From Solirubrobacteraceae bacterium (lineage in GTDB: Bacteria; Actinomycetota; Thermoleophilia; Solirubrobacterales; Solirubrobacteraceae), in assembly GCA_017882375.1 (NCBI GenBank), contig JADGPP010000003.1:9961-73960 (forward strand): DNA of 64,000 nt, read 5' to 3'. Position numbers and translations under genes: made by a program. Shown here in pieces: positions 46,199-54,333 of the stretch. The notes below the pieces were generated by a model. It was not told the DNA's origin, did not search any database, and saw nothing but the letters and a program-made list of their open reading frames with translations. Position 1 is the first letter of the stretch; every line of letters begins with the position of its first letter.

Positions 46199-46956
46199 TT
46201 CAGCCCCCCGCTCGCAGCGGCGGCGCCCGGAAGCGCGGTCAGCTCGATCTTCGCGCCCGTCGCATCACCGACGAGTGGGACGTCGAAGGGGGCCCGAGCG
46301 CTTGCGTGGACGGAAACCGATGCGACCACCGCGCGGCCCGCCGCCACGACCTTTCCGCCGCGCACGGCGACGGCGAACACGGGCACGCTGCTCTGCGCCT
46401 TGCCGGTGTGATTTGCGACCACGCCGCTGACCGTCGTGGTGCCGGCCTGCGCGGCTACGTGCGTCGCCGTCGCCGACAGCGCCGCCGATCGCCCGTTGGG
46501 CTGTGCGCGCTTGCCGGTGCCCACGCTCACCTTCGCGGCGGACGCGGCCACGGTCGTGAGCACCTCGTCGTCGACCCACCACACGCTGGAGTGCGGGCGC
46601 AGCAGCGTGATGTGCGACAGCAGCACTTCGGCGCCGGTCGCGTTGGAGTACACGACCTTCCCGCCGACACCCGTCACCTTCACCAGCAACGGCACTTCCT
46701 GCTGTGCGCGCGAGGAGGTGGAGGTCAGCTTGACGGCGACGGCCTTGCGTCCACCGCCGCTCACCAGCGTGACATCCGATACGCGCACGTCGTGGTTGGC
46801 TCCGCCGAGCTTCAGCGTGCTCGTGACTTCCGCCGCACCGCCTTCACGAGCGATCTTCGCGCTTTCGGACTCGGTGCTCTCGCACGCCGACGCAGTCACA
46901 GCCAGGGCTCCACAGCCGACCACGACGAGCGCCCGCTTCAGGACTCCGGGCCGCAT
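46195..46956 (-). CDS. Putative lipoprotein with two beta-rich (FxLYD-like) domains
   Basis: MRPGVLKRALVVVGCGALAVTASA-C lipobox; VSGVVANHTGKAQSSVPV. Confidence 0.65.
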   Translation of the reverse strand: MRPGVLKRALVVVGCGALAVTASACESTESESAKIAREGGAAEVTSTLKLGGANHDVRVSDVTLVSGGGRKAVAVKLTSTSSRAQQEVPLLVKVTGVGGKVVYSNATGAEVLLSHITLLRPHSSVWWVDDEVLTTVAASAAKVSVGTGKRAQPNGRSAALSATATHVAAQAGTTTVSGVVANHTGKAQSSVPVFAVAVRGGKVVAAGRAVVASVSVHASARAPFDVPLVGDATGAKIELTALPGAAAASGGLK

Positions 46957-46981
46957 GACGGCACCGGGTGGTGACGCGCGA

Positions 46982-48043
46982 TCATCCGAACGCACCTCGG
47001 ACATAGTCGCGCGTGCGCGTTGCGCGCGGCTGGGCGAAGACGTCCGCCGTGGTCCCGTACTCGACGAGGTCGCCGAGGTACATGAACGCGACCTTGTCGG
47101 CCACGCGATGGGCCTGCGCAAGGTTGTGCGTGACGACGACGACTGCCAGATCGCGACGCAGCTCGCCGATCAGCTTCTCGATCGTCGCCGTGGAGATCGG
47201 GTCAAGCGCGCTGCACGGCTCGTCCATCAGCAGCACCTCCGGGCGCGGCGCGATCGCGCGCGCGATGCAAAGCCGCTGCTGCTGTCCGCCGGACAGACGC
47301 AGCGCCGGGCGGTCGAGGTCGTCGCCGACCTCCTCGTACAGACCGGCGCGCTTGAGCGCGTCGATCACCAGCGGTTCGAGCTCGCGCCTGCGCGGGCGCT
47401 TGCGCGACTGTTCGCGCAGCGCGAAGGCGACGTTGTCGAAGATCGACATCGGAAACGGGTTGGGCTGCTGGAAGACCATCGCCACCCGCGCGCGCAGCGT
47501 CGTGTCGGCCATCTCGTGGATGTCCTCGCCGTCGAGCAGAACGCTGCCCGCGCGCGAGGCGCTCGGGGTCAGCTCGGTGAGGCGGTTGAGCGTGCGCAGC
47601 AGCGTCGTCTTGCCACAGCCCGACGGTCCGATCAGCGCCAGCACCTCGCCCTGGTGGATCGACAGCGAAACCGACTTGACGGCTTTCTTGGCGCCGTAGT
47701 CGATGCTCAAGTCCTCCAGGCGCAACCGCTCGGGCCCCGTCGAGGAGGCGGCGCGCAAGGCCTCGCGCTGCTGTGGCGGCAGCACCGGCTCGGGCGCGCG
47801 GTCGACGACGATCGTGCGCACCGGCGGCACGGCCGGCGAGGCAGGCGCAACGGTCGGCGAGGGCGCCGAGGCAGGCGGCACGGCCGGCGGGGGCGCCGCG
47901 ACGGGCGCCACCGGCGGAGGCGCGGGCGCGGCTCTCACCGAGGGTGCGGGCACCGGTGCGATGCGCGGCTTGTCAGGGCGTGGCTCGTCGCTCTGGCTCA
48001 TCGGCTTGTCCACGCGGTCGAGCAGCATCTCGTCCGGGCTCAT
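46982..48043 (-). CDS. pstB: Phosphate ABC transporter ATP-binding protein with long Pro-rich N-terminus
   Basis: GPSGCGKTT, MVFQQPNPFPMSIFDNV, LSGGQQQRLCIARA, LMDEPCSALDPIS, YVRGAFG. Confidence 0.93.
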   Translation of the reverse strand: MSPDEMLLDRVDKPMSQSDEPRPDKPRIAPVPAPSVRAAPAPPPVAPVAAPPPAVPPASAPSPTVAPASPAVPPVRTIVVDRAPEPVLPPQQREALRAASSTGPERLRLEDLSIDYGAKKAVKSVSLSIHQGEVLALIGPSGCGKTTLLRTLNRLTELTPSASRAGSVLLDGEDIHEMADTTLRARVAMVFQQPNPFPMSIFDNVAFALREQSRKRPRRRELEPLVIDALKRAGLYEEVGDDLDRPALRLSGGQQQRLCIARAIAPRPEVLLMDEPCSALDPISTATIEKLIGELRRDLAVVVVTHNLAQAHRVADKVAFMYLGDLVEYGTTADVFAQPRATRTRDYVRGAFG

Positions 48044-48185
48044 CGAGCACCTTCTCCACCGAAGTTGTCGAACACCTTACGCATAGAACCGATCAGGTTA
48101 GCGGTGTTTTCGCCGGTTGTAAAGGAGTGCATCGGCGTCGCGTCGACGCGAATCGCCGGTTGGCGTGGGTGGGTGCGCTCGCCGG

Positions 48186-49205
48186 TCATACGACGGCCCC
48201 GGCGACCGTCATGCCGGTGGCGTCCGCGCTGGAGCGCCCGATGCGATCGACGATCAGGTTCAGGCCGAGCACGAACAGCAGCAGCACGAACGCCGCCGCA
48301 TAGGCCTTCTGCGGGGCCGCGCCTTCGCCCGCCGGCGAGTTTCCGTAGACGTAGCTCGTCAGCGTCGACCCGGTCCCCCGCAGCAGGCCGATGCCGGGGA
48401 CCGAGCCCTGCGGGTCAAGGCGCAGCGTTTCGCCGAGCAGCAGCACGATGATCGCCGTGTCGCCGATGATCCGGCTGATGCCGAGCGTCACGCCGGTGGC
48501 GATGTTCGAGCGCACGCTCGGCAGCAGCACGCGGCGGATCGTCGCGATGCGCGTCTTGCCGAGCGCGAACGCCGCCTCGCGCATGTGCGCCGGCACCGCC
48601 TGCAGGCCGTCGCGCGTCGCCGTGAACATCGGCGGCAGCGCGATCAGCGACATCATCGCGCCGGCGGCGATGAACGATTTGCCGAACACCCCGCCGCCGG
48701 ACGCCTTGAACGAGAAGGGCGCGAAGAGGCCGAGCTGGAAGATCGACAGGCCGAACAGCGCGATCACGATGTCCGGCGTCCCGGCGACCATCTCGATGCT
48801 CGACTCGACCACGCGCGCCAGCCACGTCGGGCGTCCGTACTCGGCGATCCAGATCGCGCCGCCGACGGCCAGTGGCACCGCGAGCACGATCCCGATGACC
48901 GTCAGCAGGGCTGTTCCGATCAACGGGTCCAAGAAGCCGCCCGTTCCACTCTGCGACGTGCTCAGCGCCGGCCGCTGCACGAGCAGGCTCGGGCGCAGGT
49001 ACTGGATCCCGCGATAGCCCATGTACACGACGATCGCTCCGGCGATCAGGCACAGGCCGATGCCGGCGCCCCACGCAGCCGCGAGCGCCAGGCGATCGCG
49101 CCAGCGCCACGTCATCGGCGACGAGCGCCTGCCGCGTCCCGTCTTCATCGGCGGCCCCGACGACGGTGGCGGCGACGGCGCCCACTGCTGCAGCCCCGTG
49201 CTCAT
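48186..49205 (-). CDS. pstA: Phosphate ABC transporter permease PstA
   Basis: AIWIAEYG, AGTPDIVIALFG, REAAFALG, RIIGDTA. Confidence 0.88.
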   Translation of the reverse strand: MSTGLQQWAPSPPPSSGPPMKTGRGRRSSPMTWRWRDRLALAAAWGAGIGLCLIAGAIVVYMGYRGIQYLRPSLLVQRPALSTSQSGTGGFLDPLIGTALLTVIGIVLAVPLAVGGAIWIAEYGRPTWLARVVESSIEMVAGTPDIVIALFGLSIFQLGLFAPFSFKASGGGVFGKSFIAAGAMMSLIALPPMFTATRDGLQAVPAHMREAAFALGKTRIATIRRVLLPSVRSNIATGVTLGISRIIGDTAIIVLLLGETLRLDPQGSVPGIGLLRGTGSTLTSYVYGNSPAGEGAAPQKAYAAAFVLLLFVLGLNLIVDRIGRSSADATGMTVAGAVV

Positions 49206-49246
49206 CCGCGCACCTGCGACTCGCACAGCGGGAACCCCGTGCTCAT
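49202..49246 (-). CDS. 14-codon mini-ORF (MSTGFPLCESQVRG) produced by junction duplication
   Basis: ATG overlaps the pstC TGA and its TGA overlaps the pstA ATG; flanked by the 23-bp direct repeat CCCCGTGCTCATCCGCGCACCTG (49194-49216, 49235-49257). Confidence 0.55.
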   Translation of the reverse strand: MSTGFPLCESQVRG

Positions 49247-50226
49247 CCGCGCACCTGGAACTTGCGCAGCGGCAGCTTGATCAGGTAGCCGGCGATCGAC
49301 AGCACGAACGCCGAGAACAGCAGCAGCAGCGCCCACGCGTACAGCGCCGAGCCGAGCGCCGGCGCGCCGATCCCTTCGTGGTAGTCGACGATGCCCGACG
49401 CGAGCGTGCGCAGCGGCTCGAAGAAGAACACCAGCCCGTCGATCGGCTTCGGCGAGAAGGCGCGCGAGCCGGAGACCATCGAGATCATGATCGCCTCGCC
49501 CAGCGCACGCGCCGTCGCGAGCACCGCCGCGGCGACGATCGCCGGGCGCGCGGCGCGCAGCGTGACCGCGAGCATCGCGCGCAGCGGGTTTACGCCGAGC
49601 GCGACCGCTCCCTCACGCCACGAGCTCGGCACCGACACGAGCGCCTCGCAGATCAGCGCGACCATGATCGGCGTGATCATCACCGTGAGGATCACCACCG
49701 TGACCGACAGCCCCGCGCCCGTCAGCAGCACCACGTTCTGCACCGACTGCTTCTCGGCGCCGGAGATCACGTGGTTGCCGACGAACGGCACGAGCACGAG
49801 GATCCCGATCAGCCCGTAGATCACCGACGGCACCGACGCGAGCAGGCGGATCACCGGGATCGCCAGGCGCCGCAGCCGCGCCGGCGCGAGCTCGACGATG
49901 AAGATCGAGGAGAAGATCGCGATCGCCAGCGCCAGCACGACCGCCACCACCGTCGTCAGCAGCGTGCCGTAGACGAGCGGCCACGCGCGCAGGTGATACG
50001 CCGACGGCGGCGGGTGCTGCGTCGTGTTCTGCATGTTCGCCAGCTGCCTGCCCAGATCGCCGCCCGACCCCAGCCAGCTCAGTCCGTTGTGCTCGAAGAT
50101 CGGCCACGCGTGGATGCCCACGAACACGACCATCGCCACGACGAGCGCGCACACCAGCAACGACACCGCGCCGAGCGTACGCTCGGCGCGGTGGTCGGGC
50201 CATGGACGGGACAGGCGCTCCAGCAC
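49243..50226 (-). CDS. pstC: Phosphate ABC transporter permease PstC
   Basis: LVYGTL, LLASVPSVIYGLIG, MITPIM, RALGEAIMISMV. Confidence 0.9.
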   Translation of the reverse strand: MLERLSRPWPDHRAERTLGAVSLLVCALVVAMVVFVGIHAWPIFEHNGLSWLGSGGDLGRQLANMQNTTQHPPPSAYHLRAWPLVYGTLLTTVVAVVLALAIAIFSSIFIVELAPARLRRLAIPVIRLLASVPSVIYGLIGILVLVPFVGNHVISGAEKQSVQNVVLLTGAGLSVTVVILTVMITPIMVALICEALVSVPSSWREGAVALGVNPLRAMLAVTLRAARPAIVAAAVLATARALGEAIMISMVSGSRAFSPKPIDGLVFFFEPLRTLASGIVDYHEGIGAPALGSALYAWALLLLFSAFVLSIAGYLIKLPLRKFQVRG

Positions 50227-50237
50227 CGCTGCTCAGC

Positions 50238-51056
50238 TCAGCTGATCGGCAGCCACTGCGTGGAGATGATCTTCTTCGCAGCGGCCGCTTTCTCGATCCA
50301 GCCGATGAACGCCGAGGAGGCGCCCGTCGCCTTGCCTTTGGTCACCTCGTAGAAGCGCGCCGTGCCCGAGTACGAACCGCCCTGCACAGTCGACTTGTTG
50401 CAGGCGACGCCGTTGAGGCCGACCGCGTTCACGGTGCCCTTGTCCGACTGGTAGTTGGACACGAAGCCGATCGAGTTCGGGTCGCTTTCGACCTTCTGGC
50501 GCATCAGCCCCTCAGACGGTTCTTCGGCGGCGATCGTCGAGACTTTTTTGCCTGCCAGCAGCAGCGTCTGGAAGTTCGTCAGCACTCCGGCCACCGACGT
50601 GCGGCTGATCAGGTCGACCGTCCCGCTCGCCGTCGCGCCCGGGACAGCGCTCCAGCTGCGGGATTTACCGGTGAACAGGGCGATCACCTGCGACTGCGTC
50701 AGGTTCGGGACCGGATTTGACTTGTTCGTGATCACGCAGATGCCGTACTTGGCGATCGGGTAGAAGACCAGCCCGGCGGGGTCCGCGGCGAGCGGGTCGC
50801 GCGAGACGTCGCCGATCGACACGCGTCCGGCGGCAACGTCGTTGACACCGATCTGCGCACCACCCTGGGTGATTTTGAACTTCACTTTTTTCGGGTGCGT
50901 CTTGACGTACTTCTGCGCGAGCAGCGAGACCAGCGGGTAGGAGGCCGTGGCGCCACTGATCGTGATCGTCGTGATCGCGGAGGCGGCCGCGGGCGCCGCG
51001 ACCCCCAGCACGCCAGCCACCGCGAAGGCCAGGGATAGACGGCGGATTCGGCTCAT
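50238..51056 (-). CDS. pstS: Phosphate ABC transporter substrate-binding protein
   Basis: ITISGATASYP, QGGAQIGVND, IGDVSR, DPNSIGFVS; first gene of the pst operon; signal peptide ending ASA. Confidence 0.82.
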   Translation of the reverse strand: MSRIRRLSLAFAVAGVLGVAAPAAASAITTITISGATASYPLVSLLAQKYVKTHPKKVKFKITQGGAQIGVNDVAAGRVSIGDVSRDPLAADPAGLVFYPIAKYGICVITNKSNPVPNLTQSQVIALFTGKSRSWSAVPGATASGTVDLISRTSVAGVLTNFQTLLLAGKKVSTIAAEEPSEGLMRQKVESDPNSIGFVSNYQSDKGTVNAVGLNGVACNKSTVQGGSYSGTARFYEVTKGKATGASSAFIGWIEKAAAAKKIISTQWLPIS

Positions 51057-51081
51057 TGAAGAAGGGCTCCGTTTCTGAGGA

Positions 51082-51099
51082 TTGACAAATAGTTGACAA
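51082..51099 (-). promoter_or_regulatory. Pho-box-like direct repeat upstream of pstS
   Basis: TTGACAA at 51082 and 51093 (11-bp period; TTGTCAA repeats on the minus strand). Confidence 0.55.
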
Positions 51100-51141
51100 C
51101 GTAAGGCGGCGAACATATCATAATCCCCATTGTTCCGATCA

Positions 51142-51159
51142 GGATAAGCTACTTTATCC
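51142..51159. promoter_or_regulatory. Inverted-repeat operator candidate
   Basis: GGATAA-N6-TTATCC in the AT-rich divergent intergenic region. Confidence 0.4.
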
Positions 51160-51226
51160 GCAACTAGACGGGGATGGCGCGGTTAACCCGCTCGAGCTCT
51201 CGGAAGTTGCGGCGCCTTTACAACTC

Positions 51227-52246
51227 ATGGAGAACTCCCCCCAAAGCCCCACGGCCTCCGCCGGCACCGCCGCGCCAGCCCCTCCTGCGGCGAGCACGGC
51301 TCGCCGCGAGGGCAGGCCGCGCCTGCCCTCGGCGCGCGCCGGCGCGGTGCTCGCCACCGTCATGCTCGGCACCGGCATCGCCGTCGGCGCGGCGATCGGG
51401 CCCGCGCCGGAAACGTCGCTCGCCGGCAGCGCCGGCATCGTGCAGAAGCTGCCCGCGCTGATCGCCGCCGTGACCGCGCATGGCCAGTCGCAGGCTGCGT
51501 CGGCCGCGGCCACGACGCCGGCGCCGCCGCCCGCGATCACGCCGCAGGCCACCCCCGCCGCCGGCGCTGCGCCCACGACCGCCGCCGCGAGCGCGCCCGC
51601 GCAGACGACGACGCCCGCGGCGACCGCTCCGGCCGAATCGGAAACGTCACCGTCGAAGACGACGAAGCCGGCGAGCACGTCCAACGTCCCTCCGATCACC
51701 AGCGTCTGGCTGATCCAGCTGTCCGGCGTCTCCTTCGGCGAAGCGCTCGCCAACCCCGCCGCGGCCCCGTACATCTCCGGCCAGCTGCTGCCCAAGGGCA
51801 CATACCTGCCCGCCTGGTCCGCGCTCAGCGCCAGCGGCTTCGCCAGCGACGCCGCGCTCGTCGAACACCGTGCCGCCCTCGGCACGATGCCGCCCCTGCT
51901 GCACTCGATCGTCCAGCCCCCCTGCCCCGAAGGCGCCGCCGGTGCGGCCTGCGCGGCCGGGACGCCCGGCAGCCTGACCGCCGCCGATCAGTTTCTGCAG
52001 GCGACGCTCGCGACGATCACCGCCACGACCACGTACTCCGAACACGGCCTCGTCGTCGTCACCTTCGCGACCGTAACCGACCCCACGGCCGCCGAACTGC
52101 CCGCCGGCGCCTCGACGGCGACGCTCGCCTCCCAGCCGCCCGCCGGCGCCGTCCTGCTGTCGACCTTCGCCAAGGCCGGATCGCGGTCGACCGCGACGTT
52201 CAACCCGACTTCACCAAAGCAGAGCCTCGAAAAGCTTCTGCACTGA
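51227..52246 (+). CDS. Membrane-anchored Pro/Ala/Thr-rich protein with degenerate phosphoesterase-like domain
   Basis: TM segment; SVWLIQLSG..APYI..AADQFL..GLVVVTF aligns by eye with the phosphoesterase at 31244 but lacks its LEN, PSLPNY and KHNPF motifs. Confidence 0.65.
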   Translation: MENSPQSPTASAGTAAPAPPAASTARREGRPRLPSARAGAVLATVMLGTGIAVGAAIGPAPETSLAGSAGIVQKLPALIAAVTAHGQSQAASAAATTPAPPPAITPQATPAAGAAPTTAAASAPAQTTTPAATAPAESETSPSKTTKPASTSNVPPITSVWLIQLSGVSFGEALANPAAAPYISGQLLPKGTYLPAWSALSASGFASDAALVEHRAALGTMPPLLHSIVQPPCPEGAAGAACAAGTPGSLTAADQFLQATLATITATTTYSEHGLVVVTFATVTDPTAAELPAGASTATLASQPPAGAVLLSTFAKAGSRSTATFNPTSPKQSLEKLLH

Positions 52247-52289
52247 CACACCGATCCACGTCCCCATCAACAACGAACGGAGACCACCG

Positions 52290-52934
52290 TTGCACGCATC
52301 ACATTTCGCCCACCGAATGGCCACATGGTGGCTGGCCGCGATAGTGGGCGTTGCCCTGCTGCTCGCGAGTCCGGCTCTCAGCCAGGCCGAAGAATCCAAC
52401 CCCAACAACTACAACTGTCTCGGCAGCACGGCCGCCGGTCAGCCGGAAGCGGGGAGTGATGAACAGCAGGTTCAGTACACCTTCTACTGCAACGGACCGA
52501 TCACCGGCTACCAGGTGCAGTCGCAGATTCCCGTGACAGGGGTGTCCAGCCCGCCGGAGGTCACCGACCTGAACAAGACCGCCCTGCGCGACACGTTCTC
52601 CTGCTCGGGTGAATTGCCGGGCTGGGCGGCGAACTGCGTCGGCTCTGCGAAAGCCGGCTACGAGATCATCACAGGGCAGTTCGCCATCGGCAGGAAGCTG
52701 TGCACCGAGCCGCGCGTCGACCCGCTGCTCACAGTCACCTACGCATATCTCGAAAAAGGCGTGATCACGCAGGCGATCTCCGGCCCCTACGACCTCGGGC
52801 GCCCGAAAGACTGCAAGCCCGACGCCTACTCGGGCTTCAACCGCTTCAACCCCAAACCGCTGACGACGAAAAAGCCGGCGAAGAAGGGCAAGAAGCACTC
52901 CAGCAAGAAGCAGGCCGCCACCAAGAAGAAATAG
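52290..52934 (+). CDS. Secreted Cys-containing hypothetical protein with Lys-rich tail
   Basis: GGAG ribosome-binding site before TTG; signal peptide; six Cys; KKPAKKGKKHSSKK tail. Confidence 0.75.
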   Translation: MHASHFAHRMATWWLAAIVGVALLLASPALSQAEESNPNNYNCLGSTAAGQPEAGSDEQQVQYTFYCNGPITGYQVQSQIPVTGVSSPPEVTDLNKTALRDTFSCSGELPGWAANCVGSAKAGYEIITGQFAIGRKLCTEPRVDPLLTVTYAYLEKGVITQAISGPYDLGRPKDCKPDAYSGFNRFNPKPLTTKKPAKKGKKHSSKKQAATKKK

Positions 52935-52998
52935 CGCGCCGAGCGCTGGACGTGAGGCGGTGCCGCGCCGTGCGCGGCGCCGCCTCTACGCTTCGCCG

Positions 52999-54327
52999 GT
53001 GCGCCACCGCCCCAGCATCCTCGCCCGCGCCCACTTCACGTGGCCCGCGCGCGGCGCCGGTCTCCCCGCCGTCCTCGCCGCCTTGTCGCTCGCCGCATGC
53101 GGCTCCTCCGGCAGCGGCTCCAGCGCCTCGAGCAAGACCGCGAAGTCGACCGCCACGGGCTCGGCCTCGGCCGAGACGCCGGCGCTGTGCACCGCCGTCG
53201 GGGCGGCGACGCTCGGCGAAGTCGGCCAACGCATCTACCGCCAGGCCGCCGCCGGCCGCGGCGTCGCAGAGGCCGTCGGCCGCGTCACGCGCTCACCCGC
53301 ACTCGCCTCGGCGATCTCCTCCGGCGACGCCGCCGCGACTCGCACGGCGCTGAACGGCCTGCTGGCAAACCAGATCGCCCGTATCGACATCGTCAAACGC
53401 GGCCGCGTCTTCGCCAGCGCCGGAACGGGTCCGGCGATCGCTCCCGTGCGCGGCGCCATCGCCGGCACCGACGCGAGCTTCGTGCTCTCCGTGCAGGCCG
53501 ACGACAGCTACCTCAAAGTCGCGCGGCAGGTGACCGGCGCGGAGATCCTGCTGCTCTCCGGTCCCACATCCGGCTCCCCCGGCGCCCGCCGGCTCGCCGG
53601 AACGATCGCCGGACCGCAACCCGCACGAATACCCACGCGCGGCACGCTCGAATATAAAAAGAGGAAGTACGCGACGTTCTCCCTCGCAGGCTCGGTCTAT
53701 CCCTCGGGATCGCTGCGCATCGTCCTGCTCGTCCCGCACAGCGCCATCCGCTGCGCCGGCTCTGCCGCGCAGACGCACGTCGCGACCCTCGGCCACGTCG
53801 GCGAACTGATCTACCAGGAGGAGGCCGGCAGCCCCTACGTGCAAGCAACGCTGCGCCACATCGAAGCCGATCCAGGCTTTCAGCGCGCTGTCGCCACGCG
53901 CGACCTCGCCGCCACGCGCGCCGCAATCGTCGGCTTCTTCGCCGCGCACATCCACGTCGTGCGCGTGCGCGTGTACGTCTCGCAGCCCAGCGGCGCCCAG
54001 CGCTTCTTCTACGACCTCGGCGGCCCCTACGTGCTCGCCCCCGTGCACGGCACGCTGCGCAGCGCCGGCAAGGTAGTCGCGCACTTCTCCTTCGCCATCC
54101 AGGACGACGCCGGCTACATGAAGCTCGCGCACCGCTTCACCGGTGCCGACGTGCTCATGCGCACCGGCGCAAAGCAGGTCATCGGCACGCTCGACCCCGG
54201 CCCCGCGAGCGTCCCCGACCGCGGGACCGTGTCCTACCGCGCCAGCGACTACCAGGCCTACTCCTTCATCGGCGAAGCCTTCCCCTCCGGCCCGCTGCGC
54301 ATCTCACTGCTCGTCGCCCAGCGCTGA
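52999..54327 (+). CDS. Putative lipoprotein with two copies of an unnamed repeat domain; paralog of 27809-28864
   Basis: LSLAA-C-GSS lipobox; internal duplication (GQRIY...YPSGSLRIVLL and GELIY...FPSGPLRISLL); GTG 6 nt after TACGCT. Confidence 0.75.
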   Translation: MRHRPSILARAHFTWPARGAGLPAVLAALSLAACGSSGSGSSASSKTAKSTATGSASAETPALCTAVGAATLGEVGQRIYRQAAAGRGVAEAVGRVTRSPALASAISSGDAAATRTALNGLLANQIARIDIVKRGRVFASAGTGPAIAPVRGAIAGTDASFVLSVQADDSYLKVARQVTGAEILLLSGPTSGSPGARRLAGTIAGPQPARIPTRGTLEYKKRKYATFSLAGSVYPSGSLRIVLLVPHSAIRCAGSAAQTHVATLGHVGELIYQEEAGSPYVQATLRHIEADPGFQRAVATRDLAATRAAIVGFFAAHIHVVRVRVYVSQPSGAQRFFYDLGGPYVLAPVHGTLRSAGKVVAHFSFAIQDDAGYMKLAHRFTGADVLMRTGAKQVIGTLDPGPASVPDRGTVSYRASDYQAYSFIGEAFPSGPLRISLLVAQR

Positions 54328-54333
54328 GGCCGG

